Of a stretch of DNA of 64,000 bases, positions 36,976 to 50,019 are shown one piece after another. Origin of the DNA: Azolla caroliniana (lineage: Eukaryota > Plantae > Polypodiophyta). Numbering within the stretch: the first letter of the stretch is position 1; every line of letters starts with the position of its first letter. The translations under genes were made by a program, and so were the position numbers. The stretch spans positions 2,790,001 through 2,854,000 of the forward strand of contig JBHGNT010000010.1 in assembly GCA_043228905.1 (NCBI GenBank). The letters run 5' to 3'. Below the pieces are notes generated by a model that saw only the letters and a list, made by a program, of their open reading frames with translations, was not told the origin of the DNA and searched no databases.

Positions 36976-38073
36976 TGTCGTGAAGATCCGCCTCTATGTG
37001 CGGATCGTGAGGCGGAACCACCGGGGTTCTGGACCGGAAGGACTCGAAGCACCCACTAGCTTTAGCGAGAAAGGATTTAAGATAGTTTGAGGGAGAGAGA
37101 TTGAGATGGCGAGAGAGAGATAGAGAGTAAGAGAGATAAGATCAAACTTTTAACTTTAGATTCGAGAGACAACATATATCATCAATTGGAGAACAAATTT
37201 TTCTTCTTCTTAAATTCTTGAATCAAAACATAACATACCTTTGATCCTTTTCATCCATCCTTTTATAGACGCACCCATGCATATGATGCATGTGAGGGTA
37301 CAAGACATGCATATGATCCTTTACAATGCATGGAATGCATGTGATGCATGTTTGCCATTTGGTGCTCATGCATCACATCTCACTCAATTAAGCTCTAATA
37401 TGAGAATTTACATGTAAAACTATTGATAGGGAAGACATTTCTAAAGAAATGACATAGCCTAGTGGTAAGTCTATAGACTCTCAATGTGGAGGTGCAAGGA
37501 TTAAGTCTTCATTTGCACGCCTTTTGAATACACACACACACACACATATATGTTTTTTATTATTAATGTATTTTTACAAGGCCATTTCCCGTTCGGTCGT
37601 CGTCTCGTCGGCTCTGTCAGTCGCGGTCGCCGGGTAATGTCAGATGCTGGATCCCGTCGGTCGTCGTCCCGAATTCGTCCAGAACACATAGTTATATGCA
37701 TTTGGCTACATCTATTCATTATGTCATACAACTTAACCTTTCTATGCTCCACACATAGACACAAACATAATAGCTTTTGCTCTGCCTTATATATGGTGGG
37801 TTCCTTATTTGTCCTGTCTATGTGGGATATCACATATTTTTCTCTTCTTCTTTGCAAACTTTATACCCACATAACTTGACACTTAGATGTCCGTTTCCTA
37901 CGTAGTAAAATACATTCAGAAGCTCTTTAAGACCTCCATCTTTTTGTTCCAAGATATTAAACTTATTTAAAATAGTATCTTTACTATTATTGTTTTATAT
38001 TTCGTGAGAAGAACCACGCTCGATTTCGTATATTCCTTAAAGTTTCACACTATCACCGAAAATCTTCACGACA
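36976..38073. mobile_element. Solo LTR-like insertion (1098 bp)
   Basis: Perfect 12-bp terminal inverted repeat TGTCGTGAAGAT...ATCTTCACGACA, 4-bp flanking duplication ACGT, absent from copy A. Confidence 0.75.
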
Positions 38074-38139
38074 ACGTCCCATGTAAAAAGGTTTTATTTT
38101 TGGTTCTATAGGTCATATTTGACTTTTAAAGAGGATGGT

Positions 38140-38197
<58 letters not shown>

Positions 38198-38201
<4 letters not shown>

Positions 38202-40560
38202 TGAAAACACACAATTATATTAATAAATGTGTGTAAAAAGCAGTATTTACAATGGGTGTGACAATGGAGTATGGTCACCCATTAACTACACTACATGGGT
38301 AGTTGAACATGTTGAATTGTCAATAGGCAAGACGAACACTCCACTGAGAAAAGAATTACACTTGCTCCAATAATGAAAATTGCCACATAAGTACTCCTGT
38401 CAACTTTCGTAGATATGCTTTCACTCCATGTCTCGTAACCATCGAATACAAAAGCATTGCGCATGTTCCAATTATAGCGGAATCTCCAATATCTCAGAAA
38501 TAAAAAAACAATCTCCATCTCTGATTTTGGGTTAACCTGTGTAAATTGTGCAAACACCCACTATCTAGGCGTCAAATAACACTGTCATAAAACTTGCCAA
38601 ATTTGAGAAATGTAACTCCAAATCTGACATGCAATCAGACATTGTATAAATCGATGAGTACTATCTTCCATTTGAACACTGCAAAAAGCCTTTAGCCTTA
38701 TGAAAATACCATCATGAACAAGTGCTCCTTAGAACAAGGTGAGAATGGGGGTAGAGCTACTAGAGACGTTCCTTCTGTCGGCCTTCCCTTCAGTTGAGTG
38801 GCAATTACCTGTTGTTAGTTCACGATGCTTTAGAGCTAATCGCAAAGGAAATCCTCCAATCAAAAATCTCCAAATGAAGACCTTTGCTACAAGTGGCAAT
38901 TTAGAATGCCAACTACATTATAAGATATGCCACCACCCATGATCAGATTTGTGTATTTTCCATTCTTCTTCAACCTTAGATGATAGCCATCCAAGAGACT
39001 CAATAGAGCAATGATACAAAAGATTAGTAGTCACTTGTAACAACGACGTTTGACCCCATAAACACCAATCAATACACGGTTGTTCTCCTGTTTATAAAGT
39101 TAAGGGAATTTTCCGAGGACCCTACCTAGTTCTTGAATTACCTTGCCAAGTAGTGGGCAAACTATTATGTTGCATATTCATTGATTTCTCCTTCGACTTG
39201 CCCTTAACCCGATGTCAATCTTTGTCAACAACATCACAACTAGCTCTATCCAATGTTTTTTTTCCATTATTGATAACCCCTAAGCTTTTTTTTTCCCTAT
39301 CCATAGATTGAGTTCCCTTATTCTTAGGGCCCAAACCTTGAAGTGAGACCTCTTTATAAACTGCTCTAGATGATGTTCCTTCATCCATAACAACCACAAT
39401 ATCTGACACACTAATATCTCTCCCAACTCCTTCCTTGCCGTTAGGAACCTCTATAGTTTAAGGACAATGACAATGACATTCCCCCATAAAGTGACCCCAT
39501 TCACCACATCTAAAACAATGACCTGCAAATGTCTCTCACTTCAATTTAAAACAAAGCCTTTTCATTCCAGGTGTGTTCATACACACCCATCTTGGCCTCT
39601 TACGACTTGTATTCCATAACACACAAAATCTGTACTTATTTGTAGCATTTGCATGCGGAGATACCAACACTTTACCCATTTGACTCATCAACTCTAGTAA
39701 AAGTGGTCATAAAAAAGCATGCTTACAATCCAATGTTACCCAAACATGGCATTCTTGTTTTAACAAAGCATGATAGTCCACTACGAGGGCCGATTGCATT
39801 ACATGCACCAATCGTTTATAAAAAAACACAAGAACTTTAGCCAACAATGCACTTCGATGTTCTGATGAACGAAATATTGCATCATAAAACCCTTGTGGTC
39901 CTACATATATATTTTCAACACAATTTGGTGACACAATTGTGTTCAACCATTGTTTAATCCAATTAACGTATGGGAGTTGCCCGGTAAAAAAAATAAAATT
40001 GCACGATAATAGAATACATCAAAAGATTGCAACACTGCCTTAGCATCAACTTCCACATCATGCACATCGTGATCAATGCATTCTTTCACTTCATTTTCAT
40101 TTTCTTTCACAATATCAGACAAGAAGGTATTGGCAATTCCCCATAAATGATCCCAATCACAATGATCCTTGTCAACCTCATCTATATGTATTACTTCGGC
40201 ATATGTCAATTTTTTCTCATAAATTTCTTCAATACCCTTAAACCTCTTAGAGCATTCCAATGTCTTCCCTTTCACGGTTACATTCAACCATCACATTACT
40301 ATTTTTTTGATCAATTGTTTCCATATCAATGCCCCCACAATTTGTGAGGAATTCATGTTTATATCCATTATTCTTGATGTGATTTCGATCCAGGATCAAA
40401 ATAATTTTCCATGAACAAGAGAGACAACCGGAACTCACCCGATTGAAGAGGTCGAAGATGATGAAGACAATGGAAGACCCACAATGTGTGTTGAATATGT
40501 GGATGCCGACAACACAATATTCCTTATTTCTATCGCTGCTTCTCGTATAGACCATCAAAT
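38198..40560 (-). mobile_element. Internally deleted L1-like LINE: degenerate ORF1 joined to the ORF2 3' end
   Basis: ORF1-like GPQGFYDAIF and knuckle CFRCGEWGHFMGEC (~39478-39520). 38198-39100 is homologous to 8676-9375 plus 14678-14760. The 3' end abuts (CT)n. Confidence 0.7.
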
Positions 40561-40564
40561 TTAA

Positions 40565-40600
<36 letters not shown>

Positions 40601-40603
<3 letters not shown>

Positions 40604-41586
40604 CGTAAATAATGGTTTTCATTACGAAAGAAAAAACACCACCATGACTAACTTACAACAAACTATAGAACCCCTTCTATCTAGGGATCTAAAGAAAATT
40701 ACGACACCAAACTCAATGCCACCCTACACACCAATTCAAATGGTGAATATGATGATATGTGACCTTGCAGAGTTCTCTCTCTTCTTGGTTGAGATTTCGT
40801 GACTTCTCTAGCACTGTCAATTGCCACAAAAGAAGTCCTTTTAACTTTAGAACATATTTTCTCACCCCCACTTGCGAATAAAAAATGAAGGCATTTCGCA
40901 TATTCCAATTGAACCATAGCCCCCAATACCTCAAGAACTCAAAAATAATTTGAGAATGAGGCATTGGTTCATTGTTCTCCATATGTGCAAAAACCCAATT
41001 GAAGGAAGATAGACATACTCCAGTTAGAGACATCCACACTAAACTGATACACCTCCAAACCATCCTTGCCATCGGGCAGGAAATAAATCGATGCCTACTA
41101 TGTTCCAATTCTACTATGTTTCAATTTAATCGGATGGCAAGATTGGGTTTGGTAACAATTAATGATGCTATATTGGTGTCACAAAGAAGATTAATGGCTT
41201 TTCGAACAATCAGATCCACATTCCGTATTCTAAAAGGTTATACCTTTATTTGGGATAAGTTGCAACAAATACTATCTTCGTATGAGCCAATTCCTTATTT
41301 AGATGGGCGATCTCAAGAGCTTGATTGGAGGTTTGTTGGAAATAAGAGATTGACTATGATCTCAACAAATGTTGCTTATCACACGTTGATTAACAAACAT
41401 AAGTAGTTGGAAGAAAGGGTTATAAAGATATGGAGGTTTCATAAGCCCATTACTTGGTGGCTTCATGCGATCAAGGTAGGTTGGTGTTCTCGATTAATAC
41501 TACGAGCCAAGGTATTTGTTTGGAGAGTTATGATTGGAGCTTTGCCATTGGGGGATGCATTAAAAAAAAGAAATATTACTAAAGGA

Positions 41587-41590
<4 letters not shown>
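40601..41590 (-). mobile_element. 5'-truncated, 5'-inverted L1-like LINE
   Basis: Minus segment 40601-41115 (EHSRHRFISC...FLRYWGLWFNWNMRNA) plus inverted plus-strand segment ~41120-41590 (KVFVWRVMIGALPLGDALKKRNITKG). Confidence 0.72.
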
Positions 41591-41618
<28 letters not shown>

Positions 41619-44600
41619 ACTTTAGAAAATGCACGAAAACATATACGAGTATATAATTGGTAAACATTCTCATGCATAAGTGAAGGTTATGCTCATGAAG
41701 ACTTAGAATAAGGATAAACCATTCATTCTAGATTTAAAAAAATCAACCATGTGAAACCGTAGAAAGCTTTTATTACCCTAGTCTTGGATTCCATCCAATC
41801 ATAGATGGAATGAATGTGCTACATGTTGTTTCGAAGTGACAAAGAAGGGTTACAATGCATTTGAGCATACATACAATGGTGGTGAACTTAAATGTCTTGC
41901 TTCTCAAGAAAAAACTATTTACCACTTTGGAAACACAACTTCCTTTTTTTTTTTAAAACAAAATATCCTTCCATTAGTTTTTAAAAAGTCATAACAGTTC
42001 CAATATACAAAATATTTTTCCCAAACCGTCTTATGTAAGACAATGGCTAATGAAACAAATCTATGAACTCCAAAGTAGAGGAAAACAGTCAACTAATTTG
42101 CAAGCTATTCCATAGACACCTTCCAAGCTATTAAATAGACAACAACAAAAGTAGTTGCATCCAGAGACAAGCCCTTGCATCGCTACCACAAATTTTCAAG
42201 GTAGAGAACTTGGAATCACGACTTATTGCTCTATGGGGTTGAAATATGGAACAATACTAATTATACTTGGAAGGAGTTTGAAAATGTCCAAAATCTCTTT
42301 CTTATAATGTTTCTACAAGCCAAGCTACAAACACCACACATGCTCCTATTTCCTAAGACTAAATCACTTCCCATCTAGATCATGACAATGGAAAGGGATA
42401 TTTAGTGCATACTCATGTTTTTAGACTCGCATCAACTTCCTAGTATATGTGATGGAGCCCATCCCTCTATATACCATTTGCACCATTGCTTCCATAAAAC
42501 TTACCTTAAATTCTCTTCAATCTGAGTTGAGGTGTTGGGGAACATGTGAGGAGATTCACTAAATATGCATATTTTTGCCTTGAACAAGTTTATGAGTCTA
42601 AGTATCACATTTTGATACATGTTCTATGTTGACTCACATTTGAGTTTACTTTCCATACATGACAATGTGGTCACCTCCACAAAATCCTCTCGAAGTCAAA
42701 ATATGTACTCTCAATTGGAACATTCATTAGTAAAGTTGTTGAGCATTGGAATTCACCACTCAATTCTAGAGGTCTACTATGTGAAAATGATTTAGTTTTG
42801 ACACCTTAGGACCTAGGTCATATTTAACTTCTAAGGACAATAATGAAATCTATCTTGATCTTTCTCTCTCCCATGACATAGCATTGGAGGAGCTAGTAAA
42901 AACTAATTCTCCATAACCCTTCTTGTTATGAGCATAATCGTAATTGTACTCCTCTAAACTTAGGTTTAGGTGTAGGCTCAATCATAAGGAATGAATGTTA
43001 AGGATAGAGTTATTCTTAATCCTATGGTGGGAGATAACTTTGGAATTACATCACTTGACCAATTATAACAAAACATTCAAGTTTGAATTAGACAAGGGCA
43101 TAACCTTTAAGGCTATATGAGAAGGCTAATTACCTTCATGAAGGGGATAATCTTTCTTATTTTGGTAGAGACACTAATAGAAGGTGATGTGTTATAGAGG
43201 TTGATCTTATAAAGGATGTGTTCATGTGTCGATGTTGTGACTATGTTTGCTACACATGTATAGTTTATCTCCCTGCCTAGTACACCCATATATGCGTTTT
43301 GATGGTATGGGTAGTGTGTCGTGTCCTTAGGAAATCATCATACGATAGAATGTCAAATTAGAAATTAGATATTAGCATCATCTTTGTAATATAACACTCT
43401 TAAAATATTGGTACGCGACAAACTGAAAGTTGTGATTCTAATCCTAATACGTGAGATGTAGACGTGTTGTATGACTATACATATAGTACGTAAAATTTGT
43501 GTTCGTCTAGCATAACATTCGTTTTCCTACGTTGAAAAACGAATGCGAATGTTATTCAAACATTCTTGTGTTTTTCCCCCATTTTTTTAATGCTTTTTTT
43601 CCATTTTTTAGGCTTATTTACCTCATAAAAAAGAGTTAATCCAAAAGTATGGTATTTATCATTCTTTGAGGGTGTTTTTCTTACGTATTTTTCTTTGATG
43701 GTATGTATGGTTCATACTATGACTATACAGTAACCTGAAGAAGTAAGTAATATTTACCCAACCTTTTTTTCCATAGTTGTTATGTGTGGTGACAAGTCCA
43801 CCCCAACATGTAACAACTACTTACAAAAATACTATTTTTTATGGTGAAATGTATTTGGTTAACTAATCTCAAAAGCTCCAAGACAAAATGCCTCACTTTC
43901 GATCAATTTGAGCTGTGTTATTTCGTTGTTAATCAAGTTGCATAGTAAGAAGCTATCATTACATATTTGGATAATTGTTGGTGGTGTCATTTTGTTTGAT
44001 TTGAGTTGGGTCTTCTTAGTGTTATAATCAACTAGAAAATGTAAGAAACTACCCCCAAACTTTGGATAGGTATGGATAAATTGTTTGACTATGCTTCCTT
44101 AAATTGTATTGACAAGACATTATTGTATGCTATTGCACTTAATCATTTAGTGCAATTCTCCTAATGGAAGCACATTTTTTCAATCTCATATAACCCTATC
44201 ATACATTATAATCATGATTGGAAAAATTAACATAGTTCATTATTATAATCATTTTGCAATATGTTTGCTAAAACTAAGTTCATCCAATAATATCATTGTT
44301 GTTCCAACAAACTTGAGGTAAAAGAAAGTGGCAAAAGATAACTAAAGTGACATCAAGCTAGAACATAAAAAACAATGTCATGATTCTAAACGACGTTTCT
44401 CTTATATCTCCATAGAGTTATTATCATTTAGACATAAAAGTGAGTTGGCATGATTTCATCAAAGCATAAAAATAATGGCTGACAAAGATATTCCATGGTC
44501 TCAAGGTGAGGACATAGTGTTCAAATATGTAATTGACTTGAGAATCTTGAAATGTTTGTCTTGGACAACACCCACAATTTCTTAATGGCACATGGCATGG

Positions 44601-47214
44601 AGAAATAATCTTCATCTACCTTTTCCTCTTGTACCCACCCTTATTCAAAAAGGCCCATTTCTAAAGACAAACCTTGGGTTTGACATCCTATAAAAATTTA
44701 TTAAAATTCATAAAAATTCATCAAAGATGCGGCCTCTTACAATACCCAAAAGTTGACTCAGCATCCATTTTTTGTAAATATTATCATTCACCTTTTGTTC
44801 ACTACGTTGCTCGTGTGTACACCGATTTGAATTACAATATGTTCTAAGAACTTGTTTGAATTTCTAGCACAACAGACATTTAAGAAACATCACAATATAA
44901 CCACATGATTATTTGCATGTGAGGTAGGCGAACATTAAAAGCCATACGATCACAACATTAAAGCCTAATGTCAAAATATGTTTTGCAAATTTGTCAATAA
45001 ATTGGGTCATCTTTAATGACAAGGTATATGATTGAAGAACAAATTTGTCTTGGTTATCAATGACAAGTTGCAATGAAGCTCCCATTGCCTAAATACATTA
45101 TATTCCATCTTTCTCAACAAGAAAATTTGCATAATTTAGCAAGAACATTCTTTGTCCTATCCATAATTGTTATATATCATCTTACTCGGCTCTTAGTCTA
45201 TTCACTTTTTTGTTACCAAATTAAAATTATGTTTACACCCCACCCCACACTTTGAGCATGAATACCTTGATAAATCACCCTCAACCTAGAAAATGAGGTC
45301 ACAACACCACCATGTAAAGATGCAAAACCACCCAACCTTCTAATAGTTTGTTAAAAGACCTCCTCGAATGATAAAAAACACGCATCAACATTGTGGAACG
45401 ATCCGCACCACCAAGCAATTTCTAAATCAATCATGGTGACAACATTGTTACCAAATAAATTAACCATGGTAATAATGTTGGTCCCACATCATCCAAGCAA
45501 TTCCCTCAATCAAACCATGGTGACAAACAGAGACAAATTTACCATGGTAACAACAATTATTACCATATAAATTCTGTATCATGGAGTAAGCCACAAAAAC
45601 TTGCCCAACTCCACTCTGATTTCATCTCATATTAGTCAACAAATGAAAACTCCTCGAAAAGTAAACAAATGAAAACTCTTGGAAGCATCTTAAACATGTG
45701 CTCTCACAGCAATACCCGCAAACCTGATCATGTAATGACAATTTATGAAATCAAGAAGAGCTACACCAAGTATTACCACAGCAAATCTTTAAAGTATTGG
45801 ATGGGATTCACAAACAGTCTAAGACCTCATTCAAACCTAGTCTTTAAAATTCACAACAAAACGAGCTTATGAGATGAGCCGAAACAATACACCTATGTCT
45901 TAGACAGTATCCCAGAATCTCATCAAATATTTGGGGTCAAATCTACTTAAACCTCGAGTTAGTGCGTGGGATCTATGGAATGAGTTCAAATCCCTAATAA
46001 GCATTCATTCACGACGTTACTATGGTCATGACTCATGACCATTTTATGAGTAACGTCTATACATGCACATTGCAAATACATATGTAATACACACACGCAC
46101 ATAAACATCAGGTATTAAAGGTCTGCAGAGAGCACATAGAAAATATATATTCATACAGATTTATATGCATGCAGTATCACATAGACAAACATATATTTTG
46201 GACACTACCATATTTTTGAACATTTATGCATATATATACACATAGACAATCATACATGACGGATATTACCAGATTTTTTAACATATCAAACGTACATGGT
46301 TCAGCAAAGGCCTTCACAGGAAATCAATTACAGAGCAATTATGTGTATATGAACATACAAACAAACACAACCTACATTATAACCTATTAGGACGGCAATT
46401 TTATGTACATACAAACGTGTCTATTATAATATTTTCAAAACAATACGTAGGCTCACTAAAACGCTTCATTCACAACGCTTACAGTTATATACTCTTTCAC
46501 AACACACAGGATGATATGCAATTTTGACGACTGAAGTGTTAAAAAATGACTTCAAAAAGCAGGCATGAACGCTGTTTCTGAACATATGAGTGAGCATGCA
46601 GAGAATAATACAAGAAAATATCAAGTTGTGAGAATCTAGCTACATAAACCCTTGTATTTACGATAAATTTTCCCGACGATTTCTGCCAAACAATTTGAGC
46701 TAGCTAAGCAGATAAGAAAGACTTAATAAATAAATGTGTTTGCTAGTTATAAAAAAAACTCTAGAAAAAATGCTTGGATCTAAAAGTATATGTATAATCA
46801 TACCGTATTAAATTTACACAAAATATAGGCCTCAAAAACTCTTTGGTTTCAATCTAGGTGAAGCATTGGAGCAGAATTATGAAAGACATATGAGGAACAA
46901 CGGAAACGTTGTCTAAATTTACTGCGCTGATCAAAAGGTTTCTTTTAGATCTGAAAATGTTCAAGGGATGCAAACTGTTTAACACAGGGAATGTAGAATT
47001 CTTGCGGGAATTTGATGAAGAAGAGGATGCAGAAAGAGAGCATATAATTTTCATGGACATACCTCTACGCACAGTATAACGAGTTATGATGAAGGGGAGG
47101 TGGAAGGGAACATGTGTAACTCTGATGGAGGAGAAGATTAAGAAGGAATATGAAAGAAGTTGACGACGAAAGATTAGAGGAGAAGAAAGAAGAAAGGCGA
47201 AAAAGATGGTAACA

Positions 47215-47709
47215 TCAATTGCTGCTGTTCCACAAGAAGTTTCCAATGGCTATCTCCCGTTTCTGAGGGAGGGAGGAGGAGGGATCGATAGGAAGACCAT
47301 ATTCTTCGAGGAGAAGGTCGAGCCTCCACTCAGGCATGGATTCGTATTCGGATCGACGGTAGCGAGGGTAGTGGAGAGGCATCTGGAAGACGCAGGGGAC
47401 GGAGGAGGTCTGCCTGGCAGACATGGAGGGGTAGGGGAAAGGAGGCGTTTCACGGAGGCGCGGGGAGGTGCAGGTCTCCAACTGCTGCTCCATGTGGAGG
47501 AGGTGCTGCTGGGAGCTGCTCCGTTTCTTGTCGGAGATGAGCCTGTGGACGGACTGCTCGAGGGAGGAAACGCGGTCGTAGAGGTCGGAAACGGCGGCGT
47601 GCGCAGGGATGGACACGGCGGCCGGGGCCGGGGGTTCTGTGTCATGGATAGGGTTAGGGTTAGGGTTAGGGTTAGGGTTTGCGGCCATGTCTGTTGCAGA
47701 AGGTTCCAT
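47215..47709 (-). CDS. DUF7722-type plant protein, copy B (164 aa from the ATG aligned with copy A)
   Basis: C-terminal domain identical to copy A; differences are in-frame indels and substitutions in the N-terminal part. Confidence 0.85.
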   Translation of the reverse strand: MEPSATDMAANPNPNPNPNPIHDTEPPAPAAVSIPAHAAVSDLYDRVSSLEQSVHRLISDKKRSSSQQHLLHMEQQLETCTSPRLRETPPFPYPSMSARQTSSVPCVFQMPLHYPRYRRSEYESMPEWRLDLLLEEYGLPIDPSSSLPQKREIAIGNFLWNSSN

Positions 47710-49965
47710 CGAAAGAAGAGAGAGAGAGAGAGTGGTTTCTTTTTGTTTTCTCTGCATTCCGCCTCCTCATATTTATATATTTATTGTTTTCAGAATTAAG
47801 AAAAATAGAAAGAAACCAATCAAATTATTATTTACAATTTAAGCAATTAATTCATTATTACTCTTAATTTAAACATTTAAAACGTTTATTATATTTCCTA
47901 AGCCCTTTGTTTTTCTCTTCTTCTTTTTGTATCACTAGATATCGAATTTCGCTTTCTTCTTCTTCTTTCAATTTATTTGTAATTATTTGTTTTTCTTGCG
48001 ACCCACGTCTTTTGTTTCAAAAAACAAAACGAGGGGAACAAAATAAAGAATAAAAATAAAAACGTGTGGCTGTGAACTGCCCCCCCCCCCCCCGCCCTTT
48101 CCGTTCCGTTTCACACTTGTCCGGACAACACCTCTCTCTCTCTCACACACACACACTTAAAACGCGTGGCTATGAACTGCCGCTTCGGTTTCACACTTGT
48201 CCGGACAACCGCTCTGTCTCTCTGTGTGAAGTTCGAACTATAAATGTGTGGCTCCTATCAAACGAACCCACGTTACGCTCCCAGTTTCATCTTTCCATTA
48301 ACACCTTTGGTGGTCCAAAATCCACACCCACCAACGCACTCCTACCAACTTTAGTGCCACCATCCCGTGTCTCGCTCCTCTTCATTTTTCCCTAACCAAA
48401 AACTAGTAACATAACCTTTCGGCTTCATTGCATGAATAGACAACGCTTTGTACTATTGGATACATACATATACGTCCTTTTATCCTTCTCTTAATGTTAT
48501 CTAGAATCGTGTGCCATGCCATAACGGTATCTTGAATCATGTGTTGTGACACCTTTCTGCCTCATTTGTAGGTAGATGCACACTTTGGATCCATGAGGCT
48601 CTTACGATCTTAGTGCACGAAGAGGGTCTCTTTTGCCTAACATAAAGTTGTGGATGCAAACACGAGTTGAATATTTCTTTGATCCCTAAAATTGTTGCCT
48701 CAGTCCTTATGCATGTTCAACTCCTTAGCTAATGAGCTAGAAAGTTGGCATGGCACTTTTCTCTCAATATAGGACTCATTGGGTAGTAAATGGGAATGGA
48801 AACGAAGAGATGGGACACATTCTCCTCATCCCGAACTTGACATTTTTGTTTTTGCTAGAAATGTCATATAGACAATCGAATAAAGGAGTTTTGGCTATTA
48901 CAACATGTTTAGGTAGACTAGCAAATTGTAGGTAATATATGCATAGCACAAAAAGAGAAAGAAGAAGAATAAATAGAGAAAGAATAGGAGACATGTATTG
49001 AAAGAAAGTGAAAATGAGAAAGGAAGAACATTGATATTCACATATGTTGATGGATGAATTGTTTAAGGAAGGCATAAATAGTAATAGCTACATGTTTTGA
49101 GAGAGATGAATGACCGAAGTTTTAATGTACATGAATCCTCGTAAATTCCCTTTTTTCTCCTATACACATGGGATCTCGTAGGTACAACCTCTCCCAAAGG
49201 TAAATCCGTTAACTTTTTATTGGTTGTATTTTTTAGTTTTGATTTGGATGTAAGAGTTTAGCTATTAATGTCTACCAATCTTCTCATGTCATGGACAATC
49301 ATTCATGATGTTGCAGTCTTTCATGTTGTACCATGGTATTTTAACGTGCGTGACTCAATTTCAAGAAATGAATACCTTGCCTTAATTATTTCATTTCTTA
49401 TTCTACACACAATGAGCTATTTGTAGTAGTGTGACGTGTCTATCCACGATCTTATGAGTAATTTGATATATTCAAATCTTATTACAATTCAACTAAAACA
49501 ACGGTTGTCATTTATTTTTATGAAATATTGATACAAATATTTTGTCTCCACGTACTTTGACCGGGCCTTACAACATCTCTCAAAGGGAATGGTCTTTAAT
49601 ATACGCACTAACATCTTTTTCATGCAAGGGAAATAGTATTTTGGAACAAAATACATTATTACCATTTATGTAGAGAGAAAGTAGTCAGAATACACCTTGG
49701 AATCTTACACCAACACATGTTACTCCCGTGCGGAATAGCGCTTGGCCACAACCGAGACTCAAACACTTTATGAAAGAACAAAACAGAAATGGTGGTTCGT
49801 ACATTTAAACAGAAGAGATTACACATGATGTTTACATGGAAAGCCCTAATAGGGAAAAACCACGAGAGCCCACAGACTCCAACTATCACTATACGAGAAA
49901 GGAGGTACAACAGGAGACTCAGAGACAAAGACCTCGAGCTCAGTATCTTTGCCAACCGGCGGCTT

Positions 49966-50019
<54 letters not shown>

